Of a stretch of DNA of 56,154 nt, positions 9,160-19,772 are shown in pieces. How positions within the stretch are numbered: the stretch's first letter is position 1; each line of letters starts with the position of its first letter. The stretch comes from Bacilli bacterium (GTDB taxonomy: Bacteria > Bacillota_I > Bacilli_A > RFN20 > DUOF01), in contig JAZKZZ010000005.1 of NCBI GenBank assembly GCA_045612885.1, positions 1 through 56,154 on the forward strand, read 5' to 3'. The notes beneath the pieces were generated by a model. The model saw only the letters and a program-made list of their open reading frames with translations. It was not told the origin of the DNA and searched no databases. The position numbers were made by a program, and so were the translations under genes.

Positions 9160-10473
9160 ATGAAAAAGATTAAGCCTGTTACACTTATAATGCTAAGTTT
9201 TTTGGTTGCTATTTTAATAGGAACTCTTCTTTTTAAATTACCAATTTCTGTTAAAGATGGCAAATATTTAACTTTCATGGATTCATTCTTTTTATCTACC
9301 AGTGCTATATCTACTACAGGTTTGACAACATTTACTGATGTGTCATCTACTTTATCTGTATTTGGCAAATTTGTTTTAGCTATTTTAATTCAAATTGGAG
9401 GATTAGGATTTATTACTATTGCAACATTCTTCCTATTAGCAGTAGGTGCTAAATTAGGAATGGGAGATAGATATTTATTAAAAGAAGCACTTAATCAGAA
9501 TAAAGTTTCTGATGTTTTAAAATTATTAAAATCAATTATTATATTAACCATATCTATAGAACTAATTGGAGCCTTTTTTAACTTTTTTGTTTTCATTCAG
9601 GATTATGATTTTTTTAGTGCTGTAGGTATTAGTTTATTTCATTCAATATCAGCGTTTAATAATGCGGGATTTGATATTATAGGCCCTGATAGTTTAGTTA
9701 GATATAAAGATAATATCTTACTATCTATTAATACAATGGTTATTTCCTTACTTGGAGGAGTAGGATTCATTGTTATTAGAGATTTAATAAAAAATAAGTT
9801 TAATTTAAGAAAGTTGAAATTGCACTCTAAAATAGTACTAACAATGACAGCATCTATTCTTATAGCAGGAACATTGTTAGTTAAGTTATCTATGGGAAAT
9901 GATATTAGTTGGTTACAAGCTATATTTCATACAGTAAGTGCTGATACTGCAGGATTCTCTACATTTAATTGTGCAACATTAACTACTGCCAGTACTCTAA
10001 TATTATCAATTGTAATGGTTATTGGTGGATCACCTACATCAACAGGAGGAGGAATTAAAACTACTACTGTTTATACAATGATTAAATCGATGATAAGTTT
10101 TGCTAGAGGAAAACAGACTATTGTAGGTAATCGTAGAATTAGTGAAGAGAGCAAATTAAAAGCATTTACCTTATTTTTCTTTGTAATGACTTTTATTAGT
10201 ACATGTATGATAGCTATTTTGACTATTGAAGGTAACAATCCTAATATAAATATAGGTAATGTTTTATTTGAATCTTGTTCAGCATTTTCTACAGCTGGGT
10301 TATCAATGGGGGTAACTCAAAATATAAGTATTATTAGTCAATTAATTCTGTGCTTACTTATGTATGTAGGAAGAATAGGACCAATTACAATTATGGGAAT
10401 GTGGAACAATAATTGGAATAAACCAGGAATTAATAATGTTGAATATTTAGAAGAAAAGATATTAATTGGATAG
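9160..10473 (+). CDS. ktrB: Ktr/Trk-type K+ uptake membrane subunit
   Basis: About 437-aa polytopic protein with repeated pore-loop glycine motifs (TTGLTT, NNAGFD, DTAGFST, STAGLSMG). AAGGAG precedes ATG-9160. Confidence 0.85.
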   Translation: MKKIKPVTLIMLSFLVAILIGTLLFKLPISVKDGKYLTFMDSFFLSTSAISTTGLTTFTDVSSTLSVFGKFVLAILIQIGGLGFITIATFFLLAVGAKLGMGDRYLLKEALNQNKVSDVLKLLKSIIILTISIELIGAFFNFFVFIQDYDFFSAVGISLFHSISAFNNAGFDIIGPDSLVRYKDNILLSINTMVISLLGGVGFIVIRDLIKNKFNLRKLKLHSKIVLTMTASILIAGTLLVKLSMGNDISWLQAIFHTVSADTAGFSTFNCATLTTASTLILSIVMVIGGSPTSTGGGIKTTTVYTMIKSMISFARGKQTIVGNRRISEESKLKAFTLFFFVMTFISTCMIAILTIEGNNPNINIGNVLFESCSAFSTAGLSMGVTQNISIISQLILCLLMYVGRIGPITIMGMWNNNWNKPGINNVEYLEEKILIG

Positions 10474-10484
10474 GAGGATATACA

Positions 10485-11159
10485 ATGAAAAAAAGAAAGA
10501 CTGTAGCAGTTATAGGACTTGGAGTATTTGGAGTAGAATTAGTTAAACATTTAAAGGATTTAAAAGCAGATGTTGTTGCTATAGATAAGGATCCAAATAG
10601 AGTGCTACTAACAGGAGAATTAGCGGATAGATCATTTATCTGTGATTCAGGAAATATGAGTGCACTTGAAGAAATAGGAATTGACAAGGTTGATTATGCA
10701 ATTGTGGCGTTAAGTCAAGGTAATCCTAATTCTGCAGTTGCTACAATAACAACAACTTTAGCACTTAAAAAGCTGGGAATTAAAGAAATAGTAGTAAGAC
10801 TAGATGATGAAAGTTATAGGGAAGTATTAACTGAAATTGGTGCTACTTATTTGTTTTCACCTTTAAAAATGGCTAGTGAAAGATTAGCTAATGTTGTTTT
10901 AGGGGACAACTATGAAGATTATTTTAATATCAGTGATGATTATAGTGTAGTTCAAATAGAGGTTTCTGAAGATTTTAAAGAGACAAGTCTTATGGATTTA
11001 AATGCGCCAAGTAAGTATGGAGTAATAATTGTGTTAATGAAAAGAGACGGAAAAGTATTTATGCCTAAGAGTGATGATACAATTAGAGCTCATGATGAAG
11101 TGTTTGCGTTTGGCACAAAAGAAGATTCAGATAGATTTGCTAGGGATTTAGTAGAATAA
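10485..11159 (+). CDS. ktrA: Ktr/Trk-type K+ uptake peripheral RCK/NAD-binding subunit
   Basis: 224 aa. Rossmann motif VIGLGVFGVELV plus a C-terminal RCK_C-like half. Adjacent to ktrB. Confidence 0.85.
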   Translation: MKKRKTVAVIGLGVFGVELVKHLKDLKADVVAIDKDPNRVLLTGELADRSFICDSGNMSALEEIGIDKVDYAIVALSQGNPNSAVATITTTLALKKLGIKEIVVRLDDESYREVLTEIGATYLFSPLKMASERLANVVLGDNYEDYFNISDDYSVVQIEVSEDFKETSLMDLNAPSKYGVIIVLMKRDGKVFMPKSDDTIRAHDEVFAFGTKEDSDRFARDLVE

Positions 11160-11163
11160 AAAG

Positions 11164-11197
11164 AAAATGCATAGGTTTAATTCCTATGCATTTTTTA
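11164..11197. terminator. bidirectional intrinsic terminator between convergent genes
   Basis: AAAATGCATAGG-TTTAATT-CCTATGCATTTT, flanked by A-run and T-run. Confidence 0.8.
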
Positions 11198-11202
11198 TTT
11201 GA

Positions 11203-11799
11203 TTATTTAGTTGTAGCACCGTGTAATCTTTTTTTATTTTGTAGTTGAGTAATTCCAAGACCTAATAACAATAAGCCTACTACTAATAAGAAGATTACAA
11301 AGATCCATAAGATAACAATATCTTGGACAAATGGTTTAGCGAAACAATATGCTCCAAATGTTACCATTACTAGAGATAGAGCTAAATACCATACTGGATA
11401 TATTTCTTTGCTATCAGCTCTATAATAATATGCTCTAAATATCTCAACAGCACCTCTAGCCCATAAAGCAAGAGCAAATATTTGGCATGCACCACTAATA
11501 TTAATGATCTTAAATTGGCTAAATATACATCCAAGAGCAATTAGTGATAAAAGTGCAAATTCTACGATTGTTAAGACTTTTATAACTCTTTTTCCTGATC
11601 CTTTAATTTTCTTAAATAGATAAAAGGCTAAGTAACAAATTATTAATGCTGCGATAAGTAGGTTAAGTATTTGTTGCCCCCATGTTCTCCATGGACACTT
11701 TTCCCAAAAATTCCAAATAGGAGCAAGTAATATAGCAGCAAGTGTTACGATAGCACCTAGAATAATACATACTAAGTGGTTTTTTAATATTTTTTTCAT
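11203..11799 (-). CDS. hypothetical polytopic membrane protein
   Basis: 198 aa with about 6 hydrophobic segments. RBS AAGGAGG on the minus strand. No family recognised. Confidence 0.6.
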   Translation of the reverse strand: MKKILKNHLVCIILGAIVTLAAILLAPIWNFWEKCPWRTWGQQILNLLIAALIICYLAFYLFKKIKGSGKRVIKVLTIVEFALLSLIALGCIFSQFKIINISGACQIFALALWARGAVEIFRAYYYRADSKEIYPVWYLALSLVMVTFGAYCFAKPFVQDIVILWIFVIFLLVVGLLLLGLGITQLQNKKRLHGATTK

Positions 11800-11914
11800 T
11801 CAATAATCCTCCTTATAAGAGAATTTTATACTTAATTTGATTATAAATCAAATGATTGGTATGGAAAATATAAATGACCAACCTAATGGAATATGAATAT
11901 TTTAACTTTTGGTA

Positions 11915-11943
11915 TTGTTATAATTAATATAAGCGTGTATAAT
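11915..11943 (+). promoter_or_regulatory. candidate promoter of the ileS leader (TTGTTA - 17 nt - TATAAT)
   Basis: Hexamers read at 11915-11920 and 11938-11943. Confidence 0.5.
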
Positions 11944-11949
11944 ACTAGT

Positions 11950-12170
11950 GAAATCGATGATAAAGACACGAGAGTAGTAATGATGATATTAGAGATGTAT
12001 CTGTTTGGTGAAATGATACTTATATAGTTATTATTCTTATCACTTTGGAGAGATTTATTGAATATGAGTAAATAAATACGTTAGCTGCGTTAAAGCAATT
12101 AAGTGCATAGAGTAATCTATGAATTAGGATGGTACCGCGTATTTTACGTTCCTAGATGGAACGTTTTTTT
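11950..12170 (+). promoter_or_regulatory. T-box riboswitch leader (Ile specifier) with terminator/antiterminator
   Basis: Conserved T-box AGGATGGTACCGCG at 12126-12139. Distal-loop GGTGAAA at 12007-12013. Candidate specifier ATC followed by A at 12039-12042. Terminator ACGTTCC-TAGAT-GGAACGT plus T7 at 12146-12170. Directly upstream of ileS. Confidence 0.85.
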
Positions 12171-12193
12171 ATTTTAAAAAAGGGGGAAAAAAT

Positions 12194-14950
12194 ATGGAAA
12201 TTAAGCAAACATTACTTATGCCTAAAACTAGTTTTGAGATGAGGGGAAACTTACCTAGCAAAGAGCCTAAGTACAGAGAAAAATGGGAAAATGGAAAACT
12301 ATATCATAAAATGAATGAAAAGAATATGGGAAATAAGCCTTTTGTACTACATGATGGGCCACCATATGCTAATGGAGATATGCATATAGGGCACGCTTTA
12401 AATAAAGTATTAAAGGATTTTATCGTACGTTATAAATCAATGTGTGGTTATTATACTCCATTTACTCCTGGATGGGATACTCATGGATTACCAATTGAAA
12501 ATGCTGTAATTAAATTAGGTGTTAATCGTAAGACTACTCCTGTAGTAGAGTTTAGAAACAAGTGCGAAGAGTATGCAAATAAGCAAGTTAAAAGACAAAT
12601 GGAGCAACAAAAAACATTAGGATTATTAGCGGATTATGATGATCCATACCTAACTTTACATCATGAGTTTGAGGCTAGTGAAGTTGATATGTTTGCTACT
12701 TTAGCTTTAAAAGGATTAATTTATAGAGGATTAAAGCCTGTATATTGGTCTCCAACTAGCGAAAGTGCTTTAGCTGAGGCTGAAGTTGAATATTATGATA
12801 AGGAAGATACTTCAATTTATGTTAAATTTAGAGTAAGTGAAGGAAAAGGAATTTTAGATAATGATACATGTTTTGTTATTTGGACTACTACTCCTTGGAC
12901 TATTCCTGCTAATCTTGGTATTTGTTTAAATGAAAATTTAGAATATGGTTTATTTAATACAAATAGAGGTAAATTAGTATTCTTAACATCTTTAGAAGAA
13001 GAGTTAACTAAAGCTTTTGAATTAGAAAATGTTAAATTGGAAAGAACATTTAAAGGAAGAGAATTAGAAGGATTAAAAGCTAAACATCCTTTATTTGATA
13101 GAGAGAGCTTAGTGATTTTAGGGGATCACGTTACAAGTGATGCTGGTACTGGTTGTGTACATACTGCTCCAGGACTTGGTGCTGATGACTATTTTGTGGG
13201 TCAAAAGTATGGATTGGGAATTTTATCACCTGTAGATGATAGAGGCTGTATGACTAATGAAGCTGGAAGTGAACTAGAAGGACTATTCTATAGTGATGCT
13301 AATGAGAAGATTATTGAAAAATTAAATGAATTAGGAGTTTTATTAAAAGCTACTAAGTTTACTCACTCTTATCCTCACGATTGGAGAACTAAAAAACCTA
13401 TTATTTTTAGATCTACACCTCAATGGTTTGCTTCAATTGATAAAATTAGAGATGAATTGTTAGATGAAATTAAAAATGTTAAGTGGCATAATCCTTGGGG
13501 AGAAATAAGGATGACTAATATGATTAAAGATCGTGGTGATTGGTGTATTTCTAGACAAAGATTATGGGGATTACCAATACCTGTTATCTATAATGAAGAT
13601 GGAAGTCCAATTTTAGAAAAAGAAGTGTTTGAACATATTTCTAAACTATTTAGAGAAAAAGGTTCAACTTGTTGGTATGAATTAGATGTTAAAGACTTAT
13701 TACCAAAAGGATATACTAATGCGAATAGTCCAAATGGATTATTTGTAAAAGAAAAAGATACTTTGGATGTATGGTTTGATTCAGGATCATCACATACTGG
13801 AGTTTTAGTAGAAAGAGGACAAGATTATCCTTCAGATTTATATTTAGAAGGTAGTGACCAATATAGAGGTTGGTTTAACTCATCTCTTATATTAGGTGTC
13901 GCTAAGCATGGTAAGTCTCCATATAAAAATTTAGTATCTCATGGATTTATTGTAGATAGTAAGGGTATGAAGATGTCTAAATCATTAGGTAATGGTGTAG
14001 ATCCACTTAAAGTTATTAATAGTCAAGGTGCAGATATCTTAAGATTATGGGTTGCTAGCATTGATTATCAAGCTGATTGTAAAATCGGTGATGAAATCTT
14101 AAAACAAGTTAGTGAAACATATCGTAAGATTAGAAATACATGTAGATTCTTAGTAGGTAATTTAAGTAATGGCGATTATTGTAAATTTGATATAAACAAA
14201 GATAAAGTAGATAGTTATGAATTTGTAGATTTATGTATTTTAGAAAAGTTAAAAGATGTTACTAATAAATATCTAGACTGCTTTGACTCTTATGATTTCT
14301 CTGGTGCAGTAAGTGAAATGCTTAATTTTATGAGTGTAGATTTAAGTAGTTTCTATCTAGATTTAAGTAAGGATATCTTATATTGTGAAACTTATGAAAG
14401 TTTAAGAAGAAAACAAGTTCAAAATGTTTTATATAAAGTATTAGATACTGTAATTAGATTGTTAACTCCAGTTGTTCCTCATACAATGGATGAATTATAT
14501 GAAGCAATGGGTGGAAATAAATTATCTGCTCAATTACTATCAATGCCAAATAAAGAAGAAGTTAATACTAAATTATTAAATGAATATCAATTATTATTAG
14601 ATTTAAGAAGTGATGTATTAAAAGCAATTGAAGTAAAGAGGGCAGAAGGTTTAATTAAGTCTAGCCAAGAAGTTGCATTAGAATTAGAAGTGGTAGATCA
14701 AGATACTAAGAAAGTATTTGATAAATTATCTAATTTAGAACAAACTAGACTATTTATTGTAAGTAGTGTTAAAGAAGTGCCTTTAGATTTAGACAAACAA
14801 GAAGTAAGTAAAGTTAATGTTAGTGCAAGTAATGGATGCAAGTGTGAGAGATGTTGGAATAAGTTCGATGCAGAAGTAATGGAAGATAATTTATGTCCAA
14901 GATGTAAAGCTGCTATGGAATTTTATAAGGATAAAGTAAATGAAGAATAG
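12194..14950 (+). CDS. ileS: isoleucine--tRNA ligase
   Basis: 918 aa. HIGH motif (PYANGDMHIGH), KMSKS motif (GMKMSKSLGN) and a C-terminal Zn-finger (CERCWNK...CPRC). Confidence 0.98.
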   Translation: MEIKQTLLMPKTSFEMRGNLPSKEPKYREKWENGKLYHKMNEKNMGNKPFVLHDGPPYANGDMHIGHALNKVLKDFIVRYKSMCGYYTPFTPGWDTHGLPIENAVIKLGVNRKTTPVVEFRNKCEEYANKQVKRQMEQQKTLGLLADYDDPYLTLHHEFEASEVDMFATLALKGLIYRGLKPVYWSPTSESALAEAEVEYYDKEDTSIYVKFRVSEGKGILDNDTCFVIWTTTPWTIPANLGICLNENLEYGLFNTNRGKLVFLTSLEEELTKAFELENVKLERTFKGRELEGLKAKHPLFDRESLVILGDHVTSDAGTGCVHTAPGLGADDYFVGQKYGLGILSPVDDRGCMTNEAGSELEGLFYSDANEKIIEKLNELGVLLKATKFTHSYPHDWRTKKPIIFRSTPQWFASIDKIRDELLDEIKNVKWHNPWGEIRMTNMIKDRGDWCISRQRLWGLPIPVIYNEDGSPILEKEVFEHISKLFREKGSTCWYELDVKDLLPKGYTNANSPNGLFVKEKDTLDVWFDSGSSHTGVLVERGQDYPSDLYLEGSDQYRGWFNSSLILGVAKHGKSPYKNLVSHGFIVDSKGMKMSKSLGNGVDPLKVINSQGADILRLWVASIDYQADCKIGDEILKQVSETYRKIRNTCRFLVGNLSNGDYCKFDINKDKVDSYEFVDLCILEKLKDVTNKYLDCFDSYDFSGAVSEMLNFMSVDLSSFYLDLSKDILYCETYESLRRKQVQNVLYKVLDTVIRLLTPVVPHTMDELYEAMGGNKLSAQLLSMPNKEEVNTKLLNEYQLLLDLRSDVLKAIEVKRAEGLIKSSQEVALELEVVDQDTKKVFDKLSNLEQTRLFIVSSVKEVPLDLDKQEVSKVNVSASNGCKCERCWNKFDAEVMEDNLCPRCKAAMEFYKDKVNEE

Positions 14951-15431
14951 TAAGTGGTTTAAATATGCTCTTATTATTGTAGTAACTGGTTTATGTATTG
15001 CTTTAGATCAAGTAAGCAAAGTGATTGCTATAAACAAGTTAGTTGAGTATAAGAGTGTAACTGTAATTAATAATTTCTTTTATTGGACTTTATGCTATAA
15101 CACAGGTGGGGCTTGGAGTATATTTAGTAACAGCACTTGGTTATTAGTTATCTTTAGTTTAATTGCTCTAGGGTTTATAGTGTATACATTGATAAAAAGT
15201 AAGAGTACTATTTATAATATTGCAGCCTCTGTCTTTACTGGAGGATTAATTGGAAATTTAATTGATAGAGTAGTTAATTCTAAAGTTACAGACTTTTTAG
15301 ATTTTAAAATATTTGGATACGATTTTCCGGTATTCAATATTGCAGATATATGTATAGTGGTAAGCTCAATTGTTATTATGATACTTGTATTGAAGGAAGA
15401 GAAGAACAATGGAACAGAAGATAGTAAATAA
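14940..15431 (+). CDS. lspA: lipoprotein signal peptidase II
   Basis: 163-aa 4-TM protein with GGLIGNLIDR and FNIADI motifs. Overlaps the ileS stop. ileS-lspA-rluD synteny. Confidence 0.9.
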   Translation: MKNSKWFKYALIIVVTGLCIALDQVSKVIAINKLVEYKSVTVINNFFYWTLCYNTGGAWSIFSNSTWLLVIFSLIALGFIVYTLIKSKSTIYNIAASVFTGGLIGNLIDRVVNSKVTDFLDFKIFGYDFPVFNIADICIVVSSIVIMILVLKEEKNNGTEDSK

Positions 15432-16317
15432 AGAAGATGAAGGATTAAGATTAGATAAATTCTTATCTAAAGAATTTGATTCTTTATCTAGAGTATATCT
15501 TCAAAAACTTATTGAAGATAAAAAAATACTAGTTAATGAAAAAGTAGAAAAAGCTTCATATAAAGTTAAAGAAAATGACTGTATTGAGATTGAGGAAATA
15601 GAAATAGAAGTGTTAGAGTTAACTCCTCAAAATATACCTTTAAATATTGTCTATGAAGATAGTGATATTATTGTAATTAATAAGGAGCAAGGAATGATTG
15701 TACATCCAGCTCCTGGAGTATATAAAGATACTTTAGTCAATGCTTTGTTATATCATTGCAAAGATCTATCTAGTATAAATGGGGTTAAACGTCCTGGAAT
15801 AGTACATAGAATTGATAAAGACACTTCAGGTTTACTTGTTGTGGCTAAAAATGATTTAGCTCATGAAGAATTATCCAATCAATTAAAAGATAAAACTATG
15901 AATAGAGAATATATTGCTTTAGTTCATGGTGTTATTAGGGAAAATAGAGGAAATATTAATGCTCCAATTGGTAGAGATTTAAAGAGTAGAGTAAAGATGG
16001 CAATAGTAAAAGATGGTAAGTGTGCAGTTACTCATTTTGATGTAATTGAAAGATATAAAAATTATACTCTTATTCATTGTAAATTAGAGACAGGTAGAAC
16101 TCATCAAATAAGAGTTCATATGTCATATATTGGTTATCCAATAGCAGGTGATCCATTGTATTGTAATAAGCCCACATTAGAGGGAAAAGGGCAATATTTA
16201 CATGCTACTAAATTGACTTTAGTTCACCCTAAAACTAAAGAAATTATGGTTTTTGAAGCACCATTACCGGAATATTTTGAAAATATTATAGCGGATTTAA
16301 AAGAGAAAAATGACTGA
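15409..16317 (+). CDS. rluD: RluA/RluD-family 23S rRNA pseudouridine synthase
   Basis: N-terminal S4-like region (RLDKFLS) and catalytic motif HRIDKDTSGLLVVAK. Confidence 0.9.
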   Translation: MEQKIVNKEDEGLRLDKFLSKEFDSLSRVYLQKLIEDKKILVNEKVEKASYKVKENDCIEIEEIEIEVLELTPQNIPLNIVYEDSDIIVINKEQGMIVHPAPGVYKDTLVNALLYHCKDLSSINGVKRPGIVHRIDKDTSGLLVVAKNDLAHEELSNQLKDKTMNREYIALVHGVIRENRGNINAPIGRDLKSRVKMAIVKDGKCAVTHFDVIERYKNYTLIHCKLETGRTHQIRVHMSYIGYPIAGDPLYCNKPTLEGKGQYLHATKLTLVHPKTKEIMVFEAPLPEYFENIIADLKEKND

Positions 16318-16337
16318 TTGAGTTCAGTCGTTTTTTA
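16312..16337 (+). terminator. intrinsic terminator
   Basis: GACTGA-TTGAGT-TCAGTC followed by GTTTTTT. Confidence 0.7.
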
Positions 16338-16433
16338 TTTAAAAATTCATTTAATAACAAAATATTGTTATTTGTTTTTACATATATTGACATAAATTAC
16401 CATCTAAATATAAGATTATAATAGGTGATTGAA

Positions 16434-17060
16434 ATGAAAAAATTTGTAATATTCTTATTAATATGTCTATTAATTGGAGTAGGTGTATATTTGCAACTTA
16501 CTCAAAATATTTTCGTTTATCAGTTAACTTCAGACGGAACTATGATAGCAGTGGAATTGGATATGGGGGATTTAGCAGAAATTAGTAATACATATCATGA
16601 AAATTATGCAATTTCAAAGGGAATAGATATGAAAAATCTTAATCTTAAAGATGGACTTTCCTTTTTCTTTGACGCAAACTCTCAATATTTAAAAGATTCG
16701 TTAAAAGGCAAAGTATGTGAGGATTTATTTTATATAGGTTCATGTTTTACTGAATCATTTATAATTTTAGGACCAGCATTATTCTTTGCTTTCTTAGATA
16801 TGTTTATAAAGAAAATCAATATTTTTACTATCTTAAAAGCACTTTTTGGAGTAGTTATGTTAATAGGAGTAGGTTTTATGATATATTCAAGAATTGTACT
16901 TCCAGAATATATTGATTCAATTATAGAAAGTGGCGACAAAATGGGTATGAATGTTCAAGTTGATTATAAATTTACTTTGTCCGCATATTTAGTAATTGCA
17001 ACTACATTATTATCATCACTATTATTAATTATTCCTGTAAAAAAGGCTAAAGCTAAGTAA
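16434..17060 (+). CDS. hypothetical membrane protein
   Basis: N-terminal TM segment plus 3-4 C-terminal TM segments. ATG-16434 (MKKFVIFLL) is preferred over GTG-16425. Confidence 0.55.
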   Translation: MKKFVIFLLICLLIGVGVYLQLTQNIFVYQLTSDGTMIAVELDMGDLAEISNTYHENYAISKGIDMKNLNLKDGLSFFFDANSQYLKDSLKGKVCEDLFYIGSCFTESFIILGPALFFAFLDMFIKKINIFTILKALFGVVMLIGVGFMIYSRIVLPEYIDSIIESGDKMGMNVQVDYKFTLSAYLVIATTLLSSLLLIIPVKKAKAK

Positions 17061-17080
17061 TAAATTATTAAATCAATAAA

Positions 17081-17107
17081 AAAATGGATGACTAGTTCAT
17101 CCATTTT
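17081..17107. terminator. bidirectional terminator between convergent genes
   Basis: AAAATGGATGA-CTAG-TCATCCATTTT. Overlaps the plsY stop codon. Confidence 0.7.
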
Positions 17108-17730
17108 ATTTTATTTTCTGTGCCTAAAGTTAATCGCTTTATATTAGTTCTATGTTTGAATACTACAAATATTGCTAATCCAAATATAAGAATAGAGTAG
17201 TATATATTGAATGTTACATTTAGAAAAGGAGATATTTTAAATATAGGTATAAAAGATAATATTCCTGAGATAAAAAATGCTGTTATTGAACTAAATGATA
17301 CATATTTTGTTGCTTTTAATATTATTGCATAGATTAGTAGTGTTATTAGATATATGTAAATGTTAGTTACAAGCAAGATACCAAATGTACATGCTACAGC
17401 CTTACCACCTTTAAATTTTGCAAATATAGGATAGCAATGTCCAATTACGATAGATGCACTTGATAAATAAATTGCTAATAAAGTCAAATCATTATTAAAA
17501 TGTTTCATATAAAAAGTAATCAGTAATAATGCTATAGCAGCTTTAACTTGATCTAGTACCATGACTGCAAATCCTGCACCTTTACCTAACACTCTTCCAG
17601 TGTTCGAACCACCTAAATTTTTACTCCCATAGTTTCTTACGTCTTTTTTGAAAAACACTTTTCCAATGATTAAAGAGAACGGTATAGATCCTATTAAATA
17701 GCTAAATAATAGACATAAAATGATATGCAT
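17092..17730 (-). CDS. plsY: glycerol-3-phosphate acyltransferase PlsY
   Basis: 212-aa polytopic protein. N-terminus LIGSIPFSLIIGK...GSKNLGGSNTGR fits PlsY. It neighbours parE-parC, as in Bacillus (as I recall). Confidence 0.88.
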   Translation of the reverse strand: MHIILCLLFSYLIGSIPFSLIIGKVFFKKDVRNYGSKNLGGSNTGRVLGKGAGFAVMVLDQVKAAIALLLITFYMKHFNNDLTLLAIYLSSASIVIGHCYPIFAKFKGGKAVACTFGILLVTNIYIYLITLLIYAIILKATKYVSFSSITAFFISGILSFIPIFKISPFLNVTFNIYYSILIFGLAIFVVFKHRTNIKRLTLGTENKIKWMN

Positions 17731-17828
17731 ACATCCACCTCGAAATTAATTATATCTTAATATATTTTATTTTCAAAGTTATTTTAGTATAATAAAAAAA
17801 GTTGGTAATGAGGGGAGTTTTTGGCATT

Positions 17829-19772
17829 ATGGCAAATAAAGGTTATGATGAGAGTAGTATACAGATCTTAGAAGGTTTAGAAGCTGTTAGAAAAAGACCT
17901 GGTATGTATATTGGTTCAACTGATCATAGAGGATTGCACCATCTTATTTGGGAGATTGTAGATAATGCAATAGATGAATCAATGGCAGGTTATGGTAATA
18001 AGATTACTGTAACTATTTATAAAGATAATTCAGTATCAGTTTTAGATGAAGGTAGAGGAGTTCCTACAGGAAAGCACTCTTCAGGTAAAAGTACACCGGA
18101 GGTTGTTTATACTATTCTTCATGCTGGTGGTAAGTTTGGTCAAGAAGGTGGATACAAGACTAGTAGTGGACTTCATGGAGTTGGTGCTAGTGTTGTTAAT
18201 GCTTTAAGTAAATTTATGGATGTAACTATTTATAGAGATGGTAAGATTCATCATATTCGATTTGAAGATGGAGGAAAGTTAGTTACTCCTTTAGAAATAT
18301 TAGGTAATACATATAGACATGGTACATTAGTACATTTTTTACCTGATAATAAGATTTTCTCTACAAGTGAATTCAACTTCAATACAATAAGTGAAAGATT
18401 GCAAGAGAAAGCCTTCTTATTAAAAGGATTAGAAATGGATTTAATTGATTTAAGAAACGATAGACAAGAAGCATATCATTATGAAAATGGTATGGTTGCT
18501 TTTGTAGAGTTTTTAAATGAAACTAAGTCTACTACTAATGCTCCTGTATATTTTGATGAAAAAAGTGAAGATGGAATTAGTACTGATGTGGCGTTCCAAT
18601 ATTGTGATGCTTATGATGAAACTATTTTGTCTTTTGTTAATAATGTTAGAACTCAAGATGGTGGTACTCATGAGACTGGTTTTAGAAGTGGATTTACAAA
18701 AGCTGTTAATGATTATGCTAGAAAGACAGGATTATTAAAAGATAAAGATAAGAATTTAGATGGTAATGATATAAGAGAAGGATTAACTGCTGTTATTTCT
18801 GTCAAAGTACCTGAAAAATTATTACAATTTGAAGGACAAACCAAGTCTAAATTGGGTACTAGTGAAGCTAAAAGTGCAGTTGAAAATATGGTATATGATA
18901 GATTAACTATCTATTTAGAAGAAAATAAAGAAATTGCCCAAAATTTAGTTAAAAAAGCACTTAAAGCTTATCAAGTAAGAGAAGCTGCTAGAAAAGCTAG
19001 AGATGAAGCTAGAGGACTAAAAAAGGCTAAGGTTGAAAGAATTATTAGTGGTAAGTTAACTCCTGCTCAAGGAAAAGATAAACTTAAAAATGAATTATTC
19101 CTAGTAGAGGGAGACTCTGCAGGAGGTAGTGCTAAGCAAGGAAGAGATAGAAAGTTCCAAGCAATATTACCTTTAAGAGGAAAAGTTATTAATAGTGAAA
19201 AGACTAAATTAGCTGATTTGATGAAAAATGAAGAAATTTCTACGATTATCTATACAATGGGTGCTGGAGTAGGACAAGATTTTAATATTAAAGATGCTAA
19301 TTATGGCAAATTAATTATCATGACCGATGCTGATACTGATGGAGCACATATTCAAGTGCTAATTTTAACTTTCATATACAGATTTATGAGACCATTAATT
19401 GAAAATCACCGTGTGTTTATTGCATGTCCACCTTTGTATAAAGTTAGTAAACAAACTAGTAAGGGCGAGAAGTTTAAATATGTATGGGATGATGAAGATT
19501 TAGAAACTGCTAAAAAGGAAATAGCAGGGGATGGTAAATGTGAAATCCAAAGATATAAAGGACTTGGAGAAATGAATTATACTCAATTATGGGAGACTAC
19601 CATGAATCCTCTTACTAGAACTTTAATTGAAGTTACAATTGATGATGCAATCGCTGCTGAAAGAAGAGTTAGTGTGTTAATGGGAGATAATGCAGAAGTT
19701 AGAAGAAAATGGATTGAAGACAATGTTAAATTCACTTTAGAAGATAACTTTAAAGTTGGAGGTGAGTTTTAA
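17829..19772 (+). CDS. parE: DNA topoisomerase IV subunit B
   Basis: GHKL ATPase and Toprim motifs (LEGLEAVRKRPGMYIG, EGDSAGG, DADTDGAHI). plsY-parE-parC synteny. ATG-17829 follows GAGGGGA. Confidence 0.85.
   Translation: MANKGYDESSIQILEGLEAVRKRPGMYIGSTDHRGLHHLIWEIVDNAIDESMAGYGNKITVTIYKDNSVSVLDEGRGVPTGKHSSGKSTPEVVYTILHAGGKFGQEGGYKTSSGLHGVGASVVNALSKFMDVTIYRDGKIHHIRFEDGGKLVTPLEILGNTYRHGTLVHFLPDNKIFSTSEFNFNTISERLQEKAFLLKGLEMDLIDLRNDRQEAYHYENGMVAFVEFLNETKSTTNAPVYFDEKSEDGISTDVAFQYCDAYDETILSFVNNVRTQDGGTHETGFRSGFTKAVNDYARKTGLLKDKDKNLDGNDIREGLTAVISVKVPEKLLQFEGQTKSKLGTSEAKSAVENMVYDRLTIYLEENKEIAQNLVKKALKAYQVREAARKARDEARGLKKAKVERIISGKLTPAQGKDKLKNELFLVEGDSAGGSAKQGRDRKFQAILPLRGKVINSEKTKLADLMKNEEISTIIYTMGAGVGQDFNIKDANYGKLIIMTDADTDGAHIQVLILTFIYRFMRPLIENHRVFIACPPLYKVSKQTSKGEKFKYVWDDEDLETAKKEIAGDGKCEIQRYKGLGEMNYTQLWETTMNPLTRTLIEVTIDDAIAAERRVSVLMGDNAEVRRKWIEDNVKFTLEDNFKVGGEF

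Noticed and set aside
18517-18738. 73-aa + strand alternative-frame ORF inside parE (Met/Leu-rich)
   Set aside because: Out-of-frame overlap with parE. The M/L/K-rich translation is typical of an AT-rich frame artefact.
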